Assembly: GCA_036012755.1 (NCBI GenBank)
Contig: DASCPX010000027.1
Span: 1 to 64,000 of the forward strand
Length of the DNA: 64,000 nucleotides
Source of the DNA: Myxococcota bacterium
GTDB lineage: Bacteria > Myxococcota_A > UBA796 > CAJQPC01
Reading direction: 5' to 3'
How positions within the stretch are numbered: the first letter of the stretch is position 1; each line of letters opens with the position of its first letter. The notes under the pieces were generated by a model. It made no database searches. It worked only from the letters and a program-made list of their open reading frames with translations, and was not told the DNA's origin. Both the position numbers and the translations under genes were made by a program. Of the stretch, positions 35,076-44,401 are shown in pieces.

Positions 35076-36238
35076 CGGCTCTTGCGCGGCGCCGCTGCCC
35101 CGTAGTGGCGCCAGAGCATCGAGCGCAGCGCCCGGTCCTTGCGCAGGCTGTGCAGCGCGGGGTCCATCGCGAGGTCCCTGCGCAGCTCCACGCGCTCGCC
35201 GTCCGTCATCGCGCTGCGTCCGCTGACCGCGAGCTCCAGCTGGCGGATGGCGTCGGATTCCCGTCCCTCGATGGAGGCGATCAGGCCGGAGTAGACGTTG
35301 AGGTAGGGAGCGTCCTGGCCGGGTGCGCGGTGCATGCGGAGGAGCCACTCCGCCGACGCCTCGTAGTCGCCGAGTCGGGCCAGCGCGACCGCGCCGTTGC
35401 CGATGGAGTCCCTGTGATCGGGCTGTCGCTCGAGGATGCGTTCGTAGGACTCCAGCTCCATCCGGTGCAGCCCGAGACGCTTCTGGCACTGAGCGACGCC
35501 GTAGAGCCAGCGGACATCGTCGGGCTCGGCGTCGGCCAGGGCCTGGTAGTGGACCAGCGCCTCGCGCCAGTTGTCGTTGTCGTAGGCACCCCGAGCGATG
35601 AGCGCGTAGTCCTCTGTCCGGCCCTCTTCGATGCGCAGGCGCGCCAGCTCGGCGCGCAGTGTGCTGGGGACCTCGAGGCGGTACCAGCGGTAGTACTGGT
35701 ACCCCGTCTGACGGTCGTCGTTGGTGGCCTCCCGACCCTCGCCTCGGATGACCACCTTTGGCAGGTGGGCGAGCTCTCCGTTGGGTTGCACGCCGGCTCG
35801 GAAGGCGTCGTCGCCTCGGTGGTCGAAGGGAACGACGGCCTCGGCCGCGTCCACCCAGGCGGCGACCCTGCCCTCTGGTGGGTCCTCGGCGATCGTAGAG
35901 AGCGTGTCGACCCACATGCCGCCCGTCGTCACCGCCAGCGCGACCAGCAGGAAGCGCGCGTCGATGGCGAGCGGTCCCATGCGAGCGACCTCCAGCGGCG
36001 CGAGGTGCTCGAGATCGACGTGGACCGGCCCGAGGGAGAAGCCGGTCTTCTGCCCCTCCGCGAGCCGACGCCCGCGGATGTCCAGGCTCTCTCCCACTCG
36101 ACAGACCGCGACGGAGGCGCCGGGGAAGTGGACGCGGGCGTCGGCGCTCTCGCCGATACGCACGACATCCTTCACCGGGAGGACGCGGTCTTCCACGATG
36201 TAGTCGTTGAAACGAACCGTGACGTGCAGGTCAGCCAT
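35072..36238 (-). CDS. Membrane-anchored TPR protein (paralog of the upstream gene)
   Basis: N-terminal beta domain LHVTVRFNDYIVEDRVL, TM, TPRs, C-terminal DPALHSLR motif. Confidence 0.78.
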   Translation of the reverse strand: MADLHVTVRFNDYIVEDRVLPVKDVVRIGESADARVHFPGASVAVCRVGESLDIRGRRLAEGQKTGFSLGPVHVDLEHLAPLEVARMGPLAIDARFLLVALAVTTGGMWVDTLSTIAEDPPEGRVAAWVDAAEAVVPFDHRGDDAFRAGVQPNGELAHLPKVVIRGEGREATNDDRQTGYQYYRWYRLEVPSTLRAELARLRIEEGRTEDYALIARGAYDNDNWREALVHYQALADAEPDDVRWLYGVAQCQKRLGLHRMELESYERILERQPDHRDSIGNGAVALARLGDYEASAEWLLRMHRAPGQDAPYLNVYSGLIASIEGRESDAIRQLELAVSGRSAMTDGERVELRRDLAMDPALHSLRKDRALRSMLWRHYGAAAPRKSR

Positions 36239-37691
36239 GTCCACCGACGATGCTCATGCCGTGCTCGGGTCCGTAGTAGCGGGTGAGGATGTCGGCGAAG
36301 CGCGCCTCCTGGCGAAGCTCGTCGAAGCTGGGGTCGACGCGGATGTCCTGGCGAAACTCGATCAGGTGCAGTGTATCAAGGGCTGCCATGCCGCTGAGGG
36401 CCTTTTCCAGGTAGTCGTAAGCGGTCTCGGAGTGGCCCATCGCGGCGTGGATCTTGGCGCGATGGAGGTCGGCATATGGCTCCCCGGGCTCCAGCTGGGC
36501 CACCCGGTCCATGATCTCCAGTGCCTCGTCGAAGCGGTCCTGGTGGGCGAGGTTCACCGCCAGGTTGTTCAGCGCGTGGGCGTCCTCTGGGGAGATGGCC
36601 AGCGCGAGGCGGTAGTAGCCCTCCTCCTTGGTGTATTCGCCGGTCCGCTTGAACACGAGGGCGAGGTTGTTGTAGCCAGCGGCGCTGTCCGGGTAGAGCT
36701 CGACGTAGCGCTCGTGTGTGCGCCTGGCGTCGCCGAACTGCTCGCCCAGGTACTGGTAGTAGGCCAGGTTCTGTAGCGCCCACGGGTCGCTCGGGTCGAT
36801 CCTCAGGGCCGCCCGCGACCTCGCGATCTCGGTCTTGATCTCGAGCACGTCCGTGCGGGCGTCCATGGCGCCGTCGTGGTCCCGGAAGCCCCAGCCCTCC
36901 CGATCCGCGGAGACCTGCTGGTCCTCTGGGACGGCCTCTTGCTGGCCGAGGAGCTCCTCGCCGAACTGCTGTGGCGCGGTGACGCCCTCGATGGCCGCCT
37001 CCTCGGAGGCGCGATCGGCCTCCGCGAGGGCTTGTGGGCTGGGCGGGAGCGGCTGGTGCTGCTTGTCCGCCTCCCGACTCTCGTCGAGGTTGCGCTCGGC
37101 GACGACCTCTGCGCCCCCCAGGTTGTCCGTGCTCCCGTCGTCACCCGCTGGCAGGTAGAAGGACTCGACGGTGAGCTGGGTCACCGGGCGGGCCTGCTCC
37201 TCGTAGAGGTAGCCGTCGTCCGCGCCGTCGTAGTCCTCGTCGAGCAGTCGGGCGATGAGCTCCGCGCTGGGCTCGACGGAGGGTGGAGCGCCCCCAGCCG
37301 GCATGAGGAACATCAGGATCTGCTGGAAGAAGATGGCGACCAGCGTCATCGCCGCCATGGCGCCGACGATGAACCAGTCCCCTCCGGCCAGGATCTGCCT
37401 CGGCAGGCGGTGCTGAGGGACGAGGCGGAGCTCGACCTCGATGTCGTCCTGGACGACTCGCGCGACCTGGCCCGGCAGGAGCATCGCTCCAGAAGCAATG
37501 CGCAGCCGGTGCTTGTCGAGCCACTCGAGGTGGCCCAGATCCTCGCCCGAGCTGGACAGCGGGATCGCGAGGACGCCGTCCTCGCCGGAGAGCTTGATCG
37601 CTCCGTTGGTCCAGCGCAGCACGCGGTCCTCGACCACCGCGCCATGGAAGCGCACGAGGAGGTGCAGCGCGAAGCGTCGAGGTTGTCTCAC
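36231..37691 (-). CDS. Membrane-anchored TPR protein
   Basis: LHLLVRFHGAVVEDRVL, TM, TPRs (YNNLALVF, ALNNLAV), C-terminal DPSFDELRQEARF. Confidence 0.8.
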   Translation of the reverse strand: MRQPRRFALHLLVRFHGAVVEDRVLRWTNGAIKLSGEDGVLAIPLSSSGEDLGHLEWLDKHRLRIASGAMLLPGQVARVVQDDIEVELRLVPQHRLPRQILAGGDWFIVGAMAAMTLVAIFFQQILMFLMPAGGAPPSVEPSAELIARLLDEDYDGADDGYLYEEQARPVTQLTVESFYLPAGDDGSTDNLGGAEVVAERNLDESREADKQHQPLPPSPQALAEADRASEEAAIEGVTAPQQFGEELLGQQEAVPEDQQVSADREGWGFRDHDGAMDARTDVLEIKTEIARSRAALRIDPSDPWALQNLAYYQYLGEQFGDARRTHERYVELYPDSAAGYNNLALVFKRTGEYTKEEGYYRLALAISPEDAHALNNLAVNLAHQDRFDEALEIMDRVAQLEPGEPYADLHRAKIHAAMGHSETAYDYLEKALSGMAALDTLHLIEFRQDIRVDPSFDELRQEARFADILTRYYGPEHGMSIVGGHG

Positions 37692-37736
37692 TAAAGGCTC
37701 AGAGTATGGGTCGGCCCAAAGGTTCCGGCCCTGAGC

Positions 37737-39218
37737 CTATTGTAGGCGCCGCCGAAGGGGGACGACCACGAGCAATGCAGCGAAGAGGCCGATCCACGTC
37801 GTGCCAGGGCTGCTCGCGCAGCCACAGTTCGGCTCCGGGTCCAGCAGGGGCACCCGATCCTGGATGCGACCGTCGCCGGTGCAGGCCAGCTCCCAGCTCG
37901 CGCCGTCGACGAGCATGTCGTCCGGGTCCGCTCGGACCCACGGTGTCGGGTCTCGCACCTCGAGGACAAGGGTCTCATCGCCGCCGCAACCCTCCAGGGT
38001 GAGCGTTGCGTCCTCCCCCACCACCTCGCCGCTGAGGGTCCACGTGTAGCTGGCTCCATCGTCTGGGCCGAGCACGGACGTGGAGAAGGTGACCGACTCG
38101 CCGACGAGCTCGACGGCGCCCTCGGGAGGCTCGACCTGGACCAGCATGCCCGGCAGCCGCCCGTAGATGGCGAGGACGGCAGCCTCCCGACAGACGGGGC
38201 AGTAGTCGTCCTGCAGGGTGTTCATCATGCAGGCACGTGATGTCGGCCGGTAGTAGTCGACGTACGAGCAAGGCGAAAAGGCGTCCACCGCGCTCCTGTC
38301 GAGCCAGTGGTCCCACGGCAGGTCGTCCACATCCAGGCCACAGTTCGGTCCGTCCGGTCCACGCCAGCTCACGCCGTAGCCGTACTCGTCCCAGAGCCCG
38401 ACGAGGCTGTGTCCGATCTCGTGGGCTGCGACGAGGGAGCCCGTCGGATCCGCCGTGTAGCTGGTGGCGTACTCGAATCCTCCAGCTCCGCCGTAGGTCG
38501 GGTCGTTGACCAGCACCATGACGCCGTCTGCGCCAGGGACGTTCTCCAGGACGGCGTCCAGCACGAGCTCGTCGTCGCAGCAGAGCAGGCGGTCGATCCC
38601 GCTGCAGCCGTAGAAGCAGCCATAGGCGGTGTCGCGGTAGGCGTCCTGCCCGTCGTCGTAGTGGGAGACCCCGCTGTCGTTGCTGGCCTCGGCGATGCGC
38701 CAGATGTTGAACAGCCCGGTGTAGGCGCCGTAGGGCTCGATGGAGAGCAGGTAGCCGCTGATGCGGTCGACGTCCGCCGCGAAGGTGTCGAGCTCGTCTT
38801 CGGTGTAGCCGTCGCCGAGGTAGACGAGGTCGAGGCGCTCGTCATCCGGCCCGGACTCCTGGACGGCGATCGCGCTGGATGGCGGAGCGACCCGCGGGAC
38901 GCGCTCGGAGCCGCCCAGGGTCACGGTGCGGGCCTCATCGGGCCATGGCGCCCAGACCAACGCAAACGCGCGCTCGAGGACCACAGCGTCGCCGACACCG
39001 ATGACCGCCCGGTGCCGGGGATCCGAGAAGGCGACCTCGGCGAGTATGCCGGACTCAGCGTCCCGGATCTCCAGAGTCGCGAGCTGCTGACCCTGTGGAA
39101 CGACACGCGGGCTGTCCTCGACGATCACCGCGTCGCGCAGCAGGAGCCCCTCGTCGCCGACCTCGACCAGGGCCCGGAGCGAGGTGGCTTGTGCGAGTGA
39201 CAGGAGGAGGAGCTGCAC
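37737..39218 (-). CDS. M64 (IgA peptidase-like) zinc metallopeptidase with MYXO-CTERM-like tail
   Basis: LVYLGDGYT, HEIGHSLVGLWDEY, CMMN...YCPVC, CGCASS...LLVVVPLRRR. Confidence 0.88.
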   Translation of the reverse strand: MQLLLLSLAQATSLRALVEVGDEGLLLRDAVIVEDSPRVVPQGQQLATLEIRDAESGILAEVAFSDPRHRAVIGVGDAVVLERAFALVWAPWPDEARTVTLGGSERVPRVAPPSSAIAVQESGPDDERLDLVYLGDGYTEDELDTFAADVDRISGYLLSIEPYGAYTGLFNIWRIAEASNDSGVSHYDDGQDAYRDTAYGCFYGCSGIDRLLCCDDELVLDAVLENVPGADGVMVLVNDPTYGGAGGFEYATSYTADPTGSLVAAHEIGHSLVGLWDEYGYGVSWRGPDGPNCGLDVDDLPWDHWLDRSAVDAFSPCSYVDYYRPTSRACMMNTLQDDYCPVCREAAVLAIYGRLPGMLVQVEPPEGAVELVGESVTFSTSVLGPDDGASYTWTLSGEVVGEDATLTLEGCGGDETLVLEVRDPTPWVRADPDDMLVDGASWELACTGDGRIQDRVPLLDPEPNCGCASSPGTTWIGLFAALLVVVPLRRRLQ

Positions 39219-39225
39219 GCTGCGC

Positions 39226-39235
39226 AAGGTACTTT
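39226..39235. promoter_or_regulatory. Candidate bidirectional -10 element AAGGTACTTT serving two leaderless divergent genes
   Basis: TACTTT (+) is 6 nt before GTG 39242. TACCTT (-) is 7 nt before GTG 39218. Confidence 0.6.
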
Positions 39236-39241
39236 GCCGAG

Positions 39242-39958
39242 GTGAAGACCGCAGCCCTGATCATCATCGGCAACGAGATCCTGACAGCCAAGTTCGCCGA
39301 CGAGAACAGCCCATACCTCCTTCGACGCCTGCGAGAGCTCGGGGTCTCGGTCCGCCGTGTCGCGGTCGTGCCAGATGTGGTCGAGGCCATCGCCGACGAG
39401 GTCCGGCGATGCTCGGCCACCTTCGAACTCGTGTTCACGACCGGCGGCGTCGGACCGACACACGACGACATCACGATGGAGTCGATCGCCGTGGCCTTCG
39501 AGACCGGGTGCGAGGTGCGCGAGGAGCTGGTGGAGACCATGCGGAAGAAGCTCCGGGCTCCGTTGAGCGACGCAGTGCTCCGCATGGCGCGGGTGCCGAA
39601 GGGCGCCGAGCTCTGGTGGGATGGCGAGCTGGCCTTCCCCCTCGTCGTGAAAGGCAACGTGCACATCCTGCCGGGAGTCCCTTCGATCCTGAGGCTGAAG
39701 TTCGAGGCCGTCGCCGATCGCTTCCGCTCGGAGACCACCCTGGCCACCGCTCGCGTCGTGACGCGGGAGCGGGAGAGCGCCATCGCCCCCCGCCTCGAGA
39801 CAGCGCTGGAGAGGTGGCCGTCGATCGAGATCGGCTCGTACCCGCGCCATGACGAGGGCCCCAGGCACGTCATCATCATCGTCGAGTCGCTCGACGGCGA
39901 GGAGGTCGAAGCTGCTGCCAGGTGGCTCGGCTCGGTGCTGGACCCGCTGGAGCCCTGA
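39242..39958 (+). CDS. CinA N-terminal / molybdopterin-binding domain protein (COG1058-like pyrophosphatase)
   Basis: IIIGNEIL, FTTGGVGPTHDDIT, ILPGVP, IGSYP. Confidence 0.88.
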   Translation: MKTAALIIIGNEILTAKFADENSPYLLRRLRELGVSVRRVAVVPDVVEAIADEVRRCSATFELVFTTGGVGPTHDDITMESIAVAFETGCEVREELVETMRKKLRAPLSDAVLRMARVPKGAELWWDGELAFPLVVKGNVHILPGVPSILRLKFEAVADRFRSETTLATARVVTRERESAIAPRLETALERWPSIEIGSYPRHDEGPRHVIIIVESLDGEEVEAAARWLGSVLDPLEP

Positions 39959-39980
39959 ACCCTTGGCATAGGCTTGGCGT

Positions 39981-41303
39981 GTGTATGGACCGCCGCCAGA
40001 TGCGTCGGAGCAGCTCCTCGACCTGTCATCGCTGAGCTGGTCGTGGCTGGTCTGCGTGGCGATCGGTCTCGGGATCACGGCCATCGCGCTCTACAAGCGC
40101 CTGCCCCACTGGCTGCGGGCTCTGACCTTCGTCGTGGGCCAGGTCGTCGCGCTGACCAGCCCCTTCGCCGCGCTGCTTCGAACCCACGTGCTCGGCTCGT
40201 GGCCGACCGTCGACAAGACTGGCTCCCTGCTCTTCTACACCGACGGCGTCCATCATCGGATGCTCTCCGCGCCGGTGGAGTCACTCTCGGATCCGGCCGC
40301 GCGGCTGATCGGTGTCCACGTGGGCCACCTGTGGCTGGTCGAGTTCTTCGACCTCTTCGTCGAGCCCTTCGCCGCCTACAACCTCCAGGCGATGCTCTGG
40401 ATCATCATCGGCTGGTACGGCGCCGCGCTCTTCGTGAAGGAGGTCGGCACCGGCTGGCGCGACGCGCTCATCCTCGGCTTTCCCTTCGGAATGGGCCTCC
40501 ATGTCTTCCGGGACCTCAACTGGTACACGGTCGAGAAGATGGCGGTGGGGCTGCTGGCGATCTTCGCCTGGACGATGATCAAGTGTCACAAGGAGGGAGG
40601 ACGGTGGTGCTGGGCCGCTGCCCTGACCTTCCTCGGCATGGCCTGGGTCAACTGGTACCTGGGACTGGTCGGGGCCGTGGGCGGGGCCATGCTGCTGGTC
40701 ATGACGCGAAACAAGGGCGTGCTCCGGGCCTGCGTGCTCTGCACGGTCCTGAGTCTGCCGCTGGTCTGCTGGCAGCTCGCCCTTCTCAGCGGTGATGAGA
40801 CCCTCGGCGATCCGGAGGTCTACCTCTACGAGCGGGCGATGCTGGACTCCTTCACCCTCTACCCGCCGACCTGGAACCGGCTGGAGGCCTGGCGCGCCAT
40901 CAACGTACCCATCGTGGGGCTGGCGCTCTTCACCTTCTTCCGTCGAGGGCATCGCTACGTCGCGGCGCTCGGGCTGATGGGCGCCGTCTTCTTTGTCATC
41001 GCTCTTGGCCCGAAGCTCACAGAGGACCTTTGGAATCCCCTCTACATGGCCCTGCACGCGGTCGTGCCCGGCTTCTGGCGGGTGGCAAAGCCCGAGGTCT
41101 TCTTCGAGGGCACCTACCTCTGCCTGCTCGGCCTGGCCGCGCGCGCCGTGGATCGTCCCCTGCCCGGCTGGCTCTACCCGCTCCTCGTGATCGGCTGGCT
41201 CGCGGTCGTCAGGACCCACCCAGCCTTTCCTCCTGTCGCCGAGTACCAGCACTACGAGCTCTCCGAGGACTGGATGAAACGCCTGCCGGGTGATCGTCGG
41301 TAA
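39981..41303 (+). CDS. Polytopic membrane protein (GT-C-like candidate)
   Basis: About 11 TM segments, VPGFWRVAKPEVF loop, TAGGCT 6 nt upstream of the GTG. Confidence 0.6.
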   Translation: MYGPPPDASEQLLDLSSLSWSWLVCVAIGLGITAIALYKRLPHWLRALTFVVGQVVALTSPFAALLRTHVLGSWPTVDKTGSLLFYTDGVHHRMLSAPVESLSDPAARLIGVHVGHLWLVEFFDLFVEPFAAYNLQAMLWIIIGWYGAALFVKEVGTGWRDALILGFPFGMGLHVFRDLNWYTVEKMAVGLLAIFAWTMIKCHKEGGRWCWAAALTFLGMAWVNWYLGLVGAVGGAMLLVMTRNKGVLRACVLCTVLSLPLVCWQLALLSGDETLGDPEVYLYERAMLDSFTLYPPTWNRLEAWRAINVPIVGLALFTFFRRGHRYVAALGLMGAVFFVIALGPKLTEDLWNPLYMALHAVVPGFWRVAKPEVFFEGTYLCLLGLAARAVDRPLPGWLYPLLVIGWLAVVRTHPAFPPVAEYQHYELSEDWMKRLPGDRR

Positions 41304-41332
41304 GCTCGGTCGGACCTCGCCGAGACGTGAGA

Positions 41333-44300
41333 ATGCGGAAAAAGGGATGGCCGGCTGCAGCAGCAGCCCTGGTGCTGAATGTCGTGCTCATCGGCTGGTG
41401 CGTGGGAATCCCCTGCATCAGCGCCTGGACGCAGTACGGGATGGTGCTCGACGAGTGCCCCGACGGCGACCCACGCGTGGTCGCGAACGTACATACCTAC
41501 GGGCTGGAGCGGAATCGACCCGGCAACGTGGACATCTACGTCGCCGCCTCGTGGGTCGTCGACGACGACGAGCGCGCGCGACAGGATCCGCTCGGCGACT
41601 TCGACGCCACGCTCTACCTCGTGGACGGTGAGGCGCTGACGGAGCTGGAGTGCGGGCACCCCTGGGACGACAACCGCGGGCAGCTGAGCTGCAGCGTGCG
41701 CCTGGACCTGGAGCTGCCTGACGGCGACTACCTTCTCCGCGCCGCCATCGACACGCCGCTCGAGGACGTGGAGGTCGACGTCGAGCTCCCCCTCTACCGC
41801 CCCGCGCACATCCACGTCCTCTCCGACCGACCGCTGTACGAGCCCGGTGACACGTTGCAGTTCCGCGCGCTGTCGCTCCGCAAGGGCAGCCTCGAGCCCC
41901 TCGACACCCGTCCGGGGACCTGGACCGTCACGGATCCTCGCGGCAACGTGCTGCTGGAAGAGCGGACCGATGGCGGCCCGTGGGGCATCAGCGCGTCCTC
42001 GTTTCCGCTGGCTGACGACGCCCTGGTCGGCGACTGGGTCGTGGGCTTCTCCAGCGGAGACGACGTCGCGGAGACGCGGGTTCGGGTCGAGCCCTTCACG
42101 CTGCCGCGCTTCACCGTCGAGACCCACGCAGAGGACCCCTGGAACGCACCAGGTGAGGCCCCCGAGCTCAGCGGCACCGTGCTCTACAACTCCGGCGCGC
42201 CGGTCGCCGAGGCCTCTGTGAAGGTGAGCCTCTCCAGCGGCGGGTCGTGGCCCCTCCCGAACGCCTGGCTGGACCTCGAGGAGCTCCAGACGGACCGCTA
42301 CGGTCGCTTCCGCCTCCAGCTCGAGACGATCCCCTCCGACCTCGTGGAGCCCACGGACGTGAGCGTCTACGTCGGCGTCACCGACACCGACGGGGACACG
42401 ACCGCTGGCTTCACCTCCCTGAAGCTCTCGCCGGACCCGCTGTTGGCCGAAGCGGTCACCGAGCTCGGCGATGGCCTGATGAGCGACTTCAACAACCGCG
42501 TCTACCTCCGGGTCACGACCCCGGACGGCCGCGCCTTGTCCAACACCGACCTCGGCGTGCGAAACCTCTGGGATCCTCGCGACGCCGGCAAGGTCGTCTC
42601 CACAGACGAGGACGGGGTGGCCGCGTTGCAGCTCGACCCCGGTCAGCCGGTCAACGTCGTGGTCCCGGCCCAGCCCATTCGCCCTGCGCTGGAGGCCCTG
42701 GTCGAGCCCTTCGTGCTCAGCGCGCTCCGCCCCTCCCACCGGGCGAACACCGCGCCGAGCATCGCCGAGCGCCGCGACGCCCAGCGCCTCGTCGAGGAGC
42801 TGGCGCCCTGCTCCCACCTCATCTCGTCCACCTCCTACGACGAGGTCGTCCTGGAGACTCGAAGAGGCCTCGTCAGCCGCGTTCTCGGCTTCGACGGGGC
42901 CCTGGCCAGCTGCGCTGAGGACCGCCTGGAGGGCGCCGTCCTCGGGACCGAGGACGGTCTCTACGACCTCGGGCTGAACCTGGAGCCACCGAAGGACGTG
43001 ACCCGGCTGGAGGCCCTGCTGGTGACGGTCGGAGGCAGCGAGCCAGAGGGCTTCGGCGCGAACCTTCGTGACCGCGCTCGCGTCGCCTCCAGCTGCGTGG
43101 TCGGCGAGACGCTGGAGGGTGACTCCTCCTTCATGGCCATCTGGTTCGCGGACGAGGATGGCTCCGTGTCCCTTCGCTGGCTCGACTGGGAGAACCAGCC
43201 CGTGCCGTGGACTGCGCGACGCTGCATCGAGGGCGCCTACTCCGGTCTCCGCGCCTCCGAGGCCGAGGAGGCCTCGACGGGCACGCTGCGCTTCCGAGCG
43301 ACCCCACCCTACGAGCCGGTGACCACCATCCCGGCCTCGACCACCATGCAGGGCTTCGAGTTCGAGGTCTCTGTCGAGGACATCGGCGCTACGACCTGGC
43401 GCTCGGCTCCGGGCAGCGTGCCCCACTTCCGCCTTCGCCCGGACAAGGTGCTGCTCGAAGGCGGCGAGGAGCTCCGCGTGCAGATGCTCCGGGGCCCCTC
43501 CTTCAGCGGCAGCGTGCCCGACGCCCTGACGCTCTTCGACTCCGACGGCCACATCATGCAGTGCCCCCGCACGCCGAAGGCCCTCAAGGACGAGCCCTAC
43601 GACGACTACTACCACCGGGACTGTCCGAAGCCCGAAGACGACAACGCGGTGGTCTTCGCGATCCCCTCCGGACGCGAGGGCTTCATGAGGACCGAGTCCA
43701 ACGGCGCCCAGGCGATCGTCTACGTACGCCCTTCGGCGACCCTGGACCTCGAGATCACGACCGCAGCGACCAGCTATGCCCCGGGCAGCGAGGCGACCCT
43801 GGACATCCAGGCCTCTCAGCAGGCCGTCGTCAGCCTGCTCGGTGTGGACCAGAGCCTCGGGCAGCTCGCGCCCCTCCCCGGACCGGATGGACTGTCCGAG
43901 CTCGCCGTCGGGGCGAGCTCCTCCCAGCCGGCGTGGCAGTTCATGGACGCCCTCGCCCTCACCAGCGGCGCCGTCAGGGGCGACAACGCCGCGATGGCGG
44001 CGGTCCTGCGGGTCGACGCGCTGACCCAGGAGGATCGCGAGCCCCCCTACCGGAGCGCCTCTGGCGAGACCGTCTTCAACCCGGAAGAGGAGCTCCAGTC
44101 CGCCTTCTGGGAGCTGCTCGGCGATCTCTCGGCTGCTGTGCGCGAGTGGGAGGCCACGAGCCCGGAGGACGAGCTCCTCACCAACGAGCGCCTGGCCGAG
44201 ATCCATGCGGAGGTCCTCGCCGAGCGCGACGACCGAGGAGTCACCACCGTAGACGCGTGGGATCGGCCGCTGGAGCTCTGGCGCCTCCCTGACACCCTGT

Positions 44301-44401
44301 TGTCCCTGTGCGAACCCCGCGTCCTGGTCCTGGACGCGACCCGCGTCCCAGAGGACGTCGATCCCTGGATCCCCTGGGTTCGAGAGGAGATGGAGCGATG
44401 A
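41333..44401 (+). CDS. Alpha-2-macroglobulin N-terminal half (MG domains)
   Basis: LSDRPLYEPGDTLQFRAL, VTDPRGN, VRVEPFTLPRFTV, YAPGSEATLDI...LLGVDQSL. Confidence 0.82.
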   Translation: MRKKGWPAAAAALVLNVVLIGWCVGIPCISAWTQYGMVLDECPDGDPRVVANVHTYGLERNRPGNVDIYVAASWVVDDDERARQDPLGDFDATLYLVDGEALTELECGHPWDDNRGQLSCSVRLDLELPDGDYLLRAAIDTPLEDVEVDVELPLYRPAHIHVLSDRPLYEPGDTLQFRALSLRKGSLEPLDTRPGTWTVTDPRGNVLLEERTDGGPWGISASSFPLADDALVGDWVVGFSSGDDVAETRVRVEPFTLPRFTVETHAEDPWNAPGEAPELSGTVLYNSGAPVAEASVKVSLSSGGSWPLPNAWLDLEELQTDRYGRFRLQLETIPSDLVEPTDVSVYVGVTDTDGDTTAGFTSLKLSPDPLLAEAVTELGDGLMSDFNNRVYLRVTTPDGRALSNTDLGVRNLWDPRDAGKVVSTDEDGVAALQLDPGQPVNVVVPAQPIRPALEALVEPFVLSALRPSHRANTAPSIAERRDAQRLVEELAPCSHLISSTSYDEVVLETRRGLVSRVLGFDGALASCAEDRLEGAVLGTEDGLYDLGLNLEPPKDVTRLEALLVTVGGSEPEGFGANLRDRARVASSCVVGETLEGDSSFMAIWFADEDGSVSLRWLDWENQPVPWTARRCIEGAYSGLRASEAEEASTGTLRFRATPPYEPVTTIPASTTMQGFEFEVSVEDIGATTWRSAPGSVPHFRLRPDKVLLEGGEELRVQMLRGPSFSGSVPDALTLFDSDGHIMQCPRTPKALKDEPYDDYYHRDCPKPEDDNAVVFAIPSGREGFMRTESNGAQAIVYVRPSATLDLEITTAATSYAPGSEATLDIQASQQAVVSLLGVDQSLGQLAPLPGPDGLSELAVGASSSQPAWQFMDALALTSGAVRGDNAAMAAVLRVDALTQEDREPPYRSASGETVFNPEEELQSAFWELLGDLSAAVREWEATSPEDELLTNERLAEIHAEVLAERDDRGVTTVDAWDRPLELWRLPDTLLSLCEPRVLVLDATRVPEDVDPWIPWVREEMER

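Noticed and set aside
42908..42925. SCAEDR as a degenerate CxEQ thioester
   Set aside because: It lies in the N-terminal gene, far from the TED-equivalent region, and has Asp in place of Gln.
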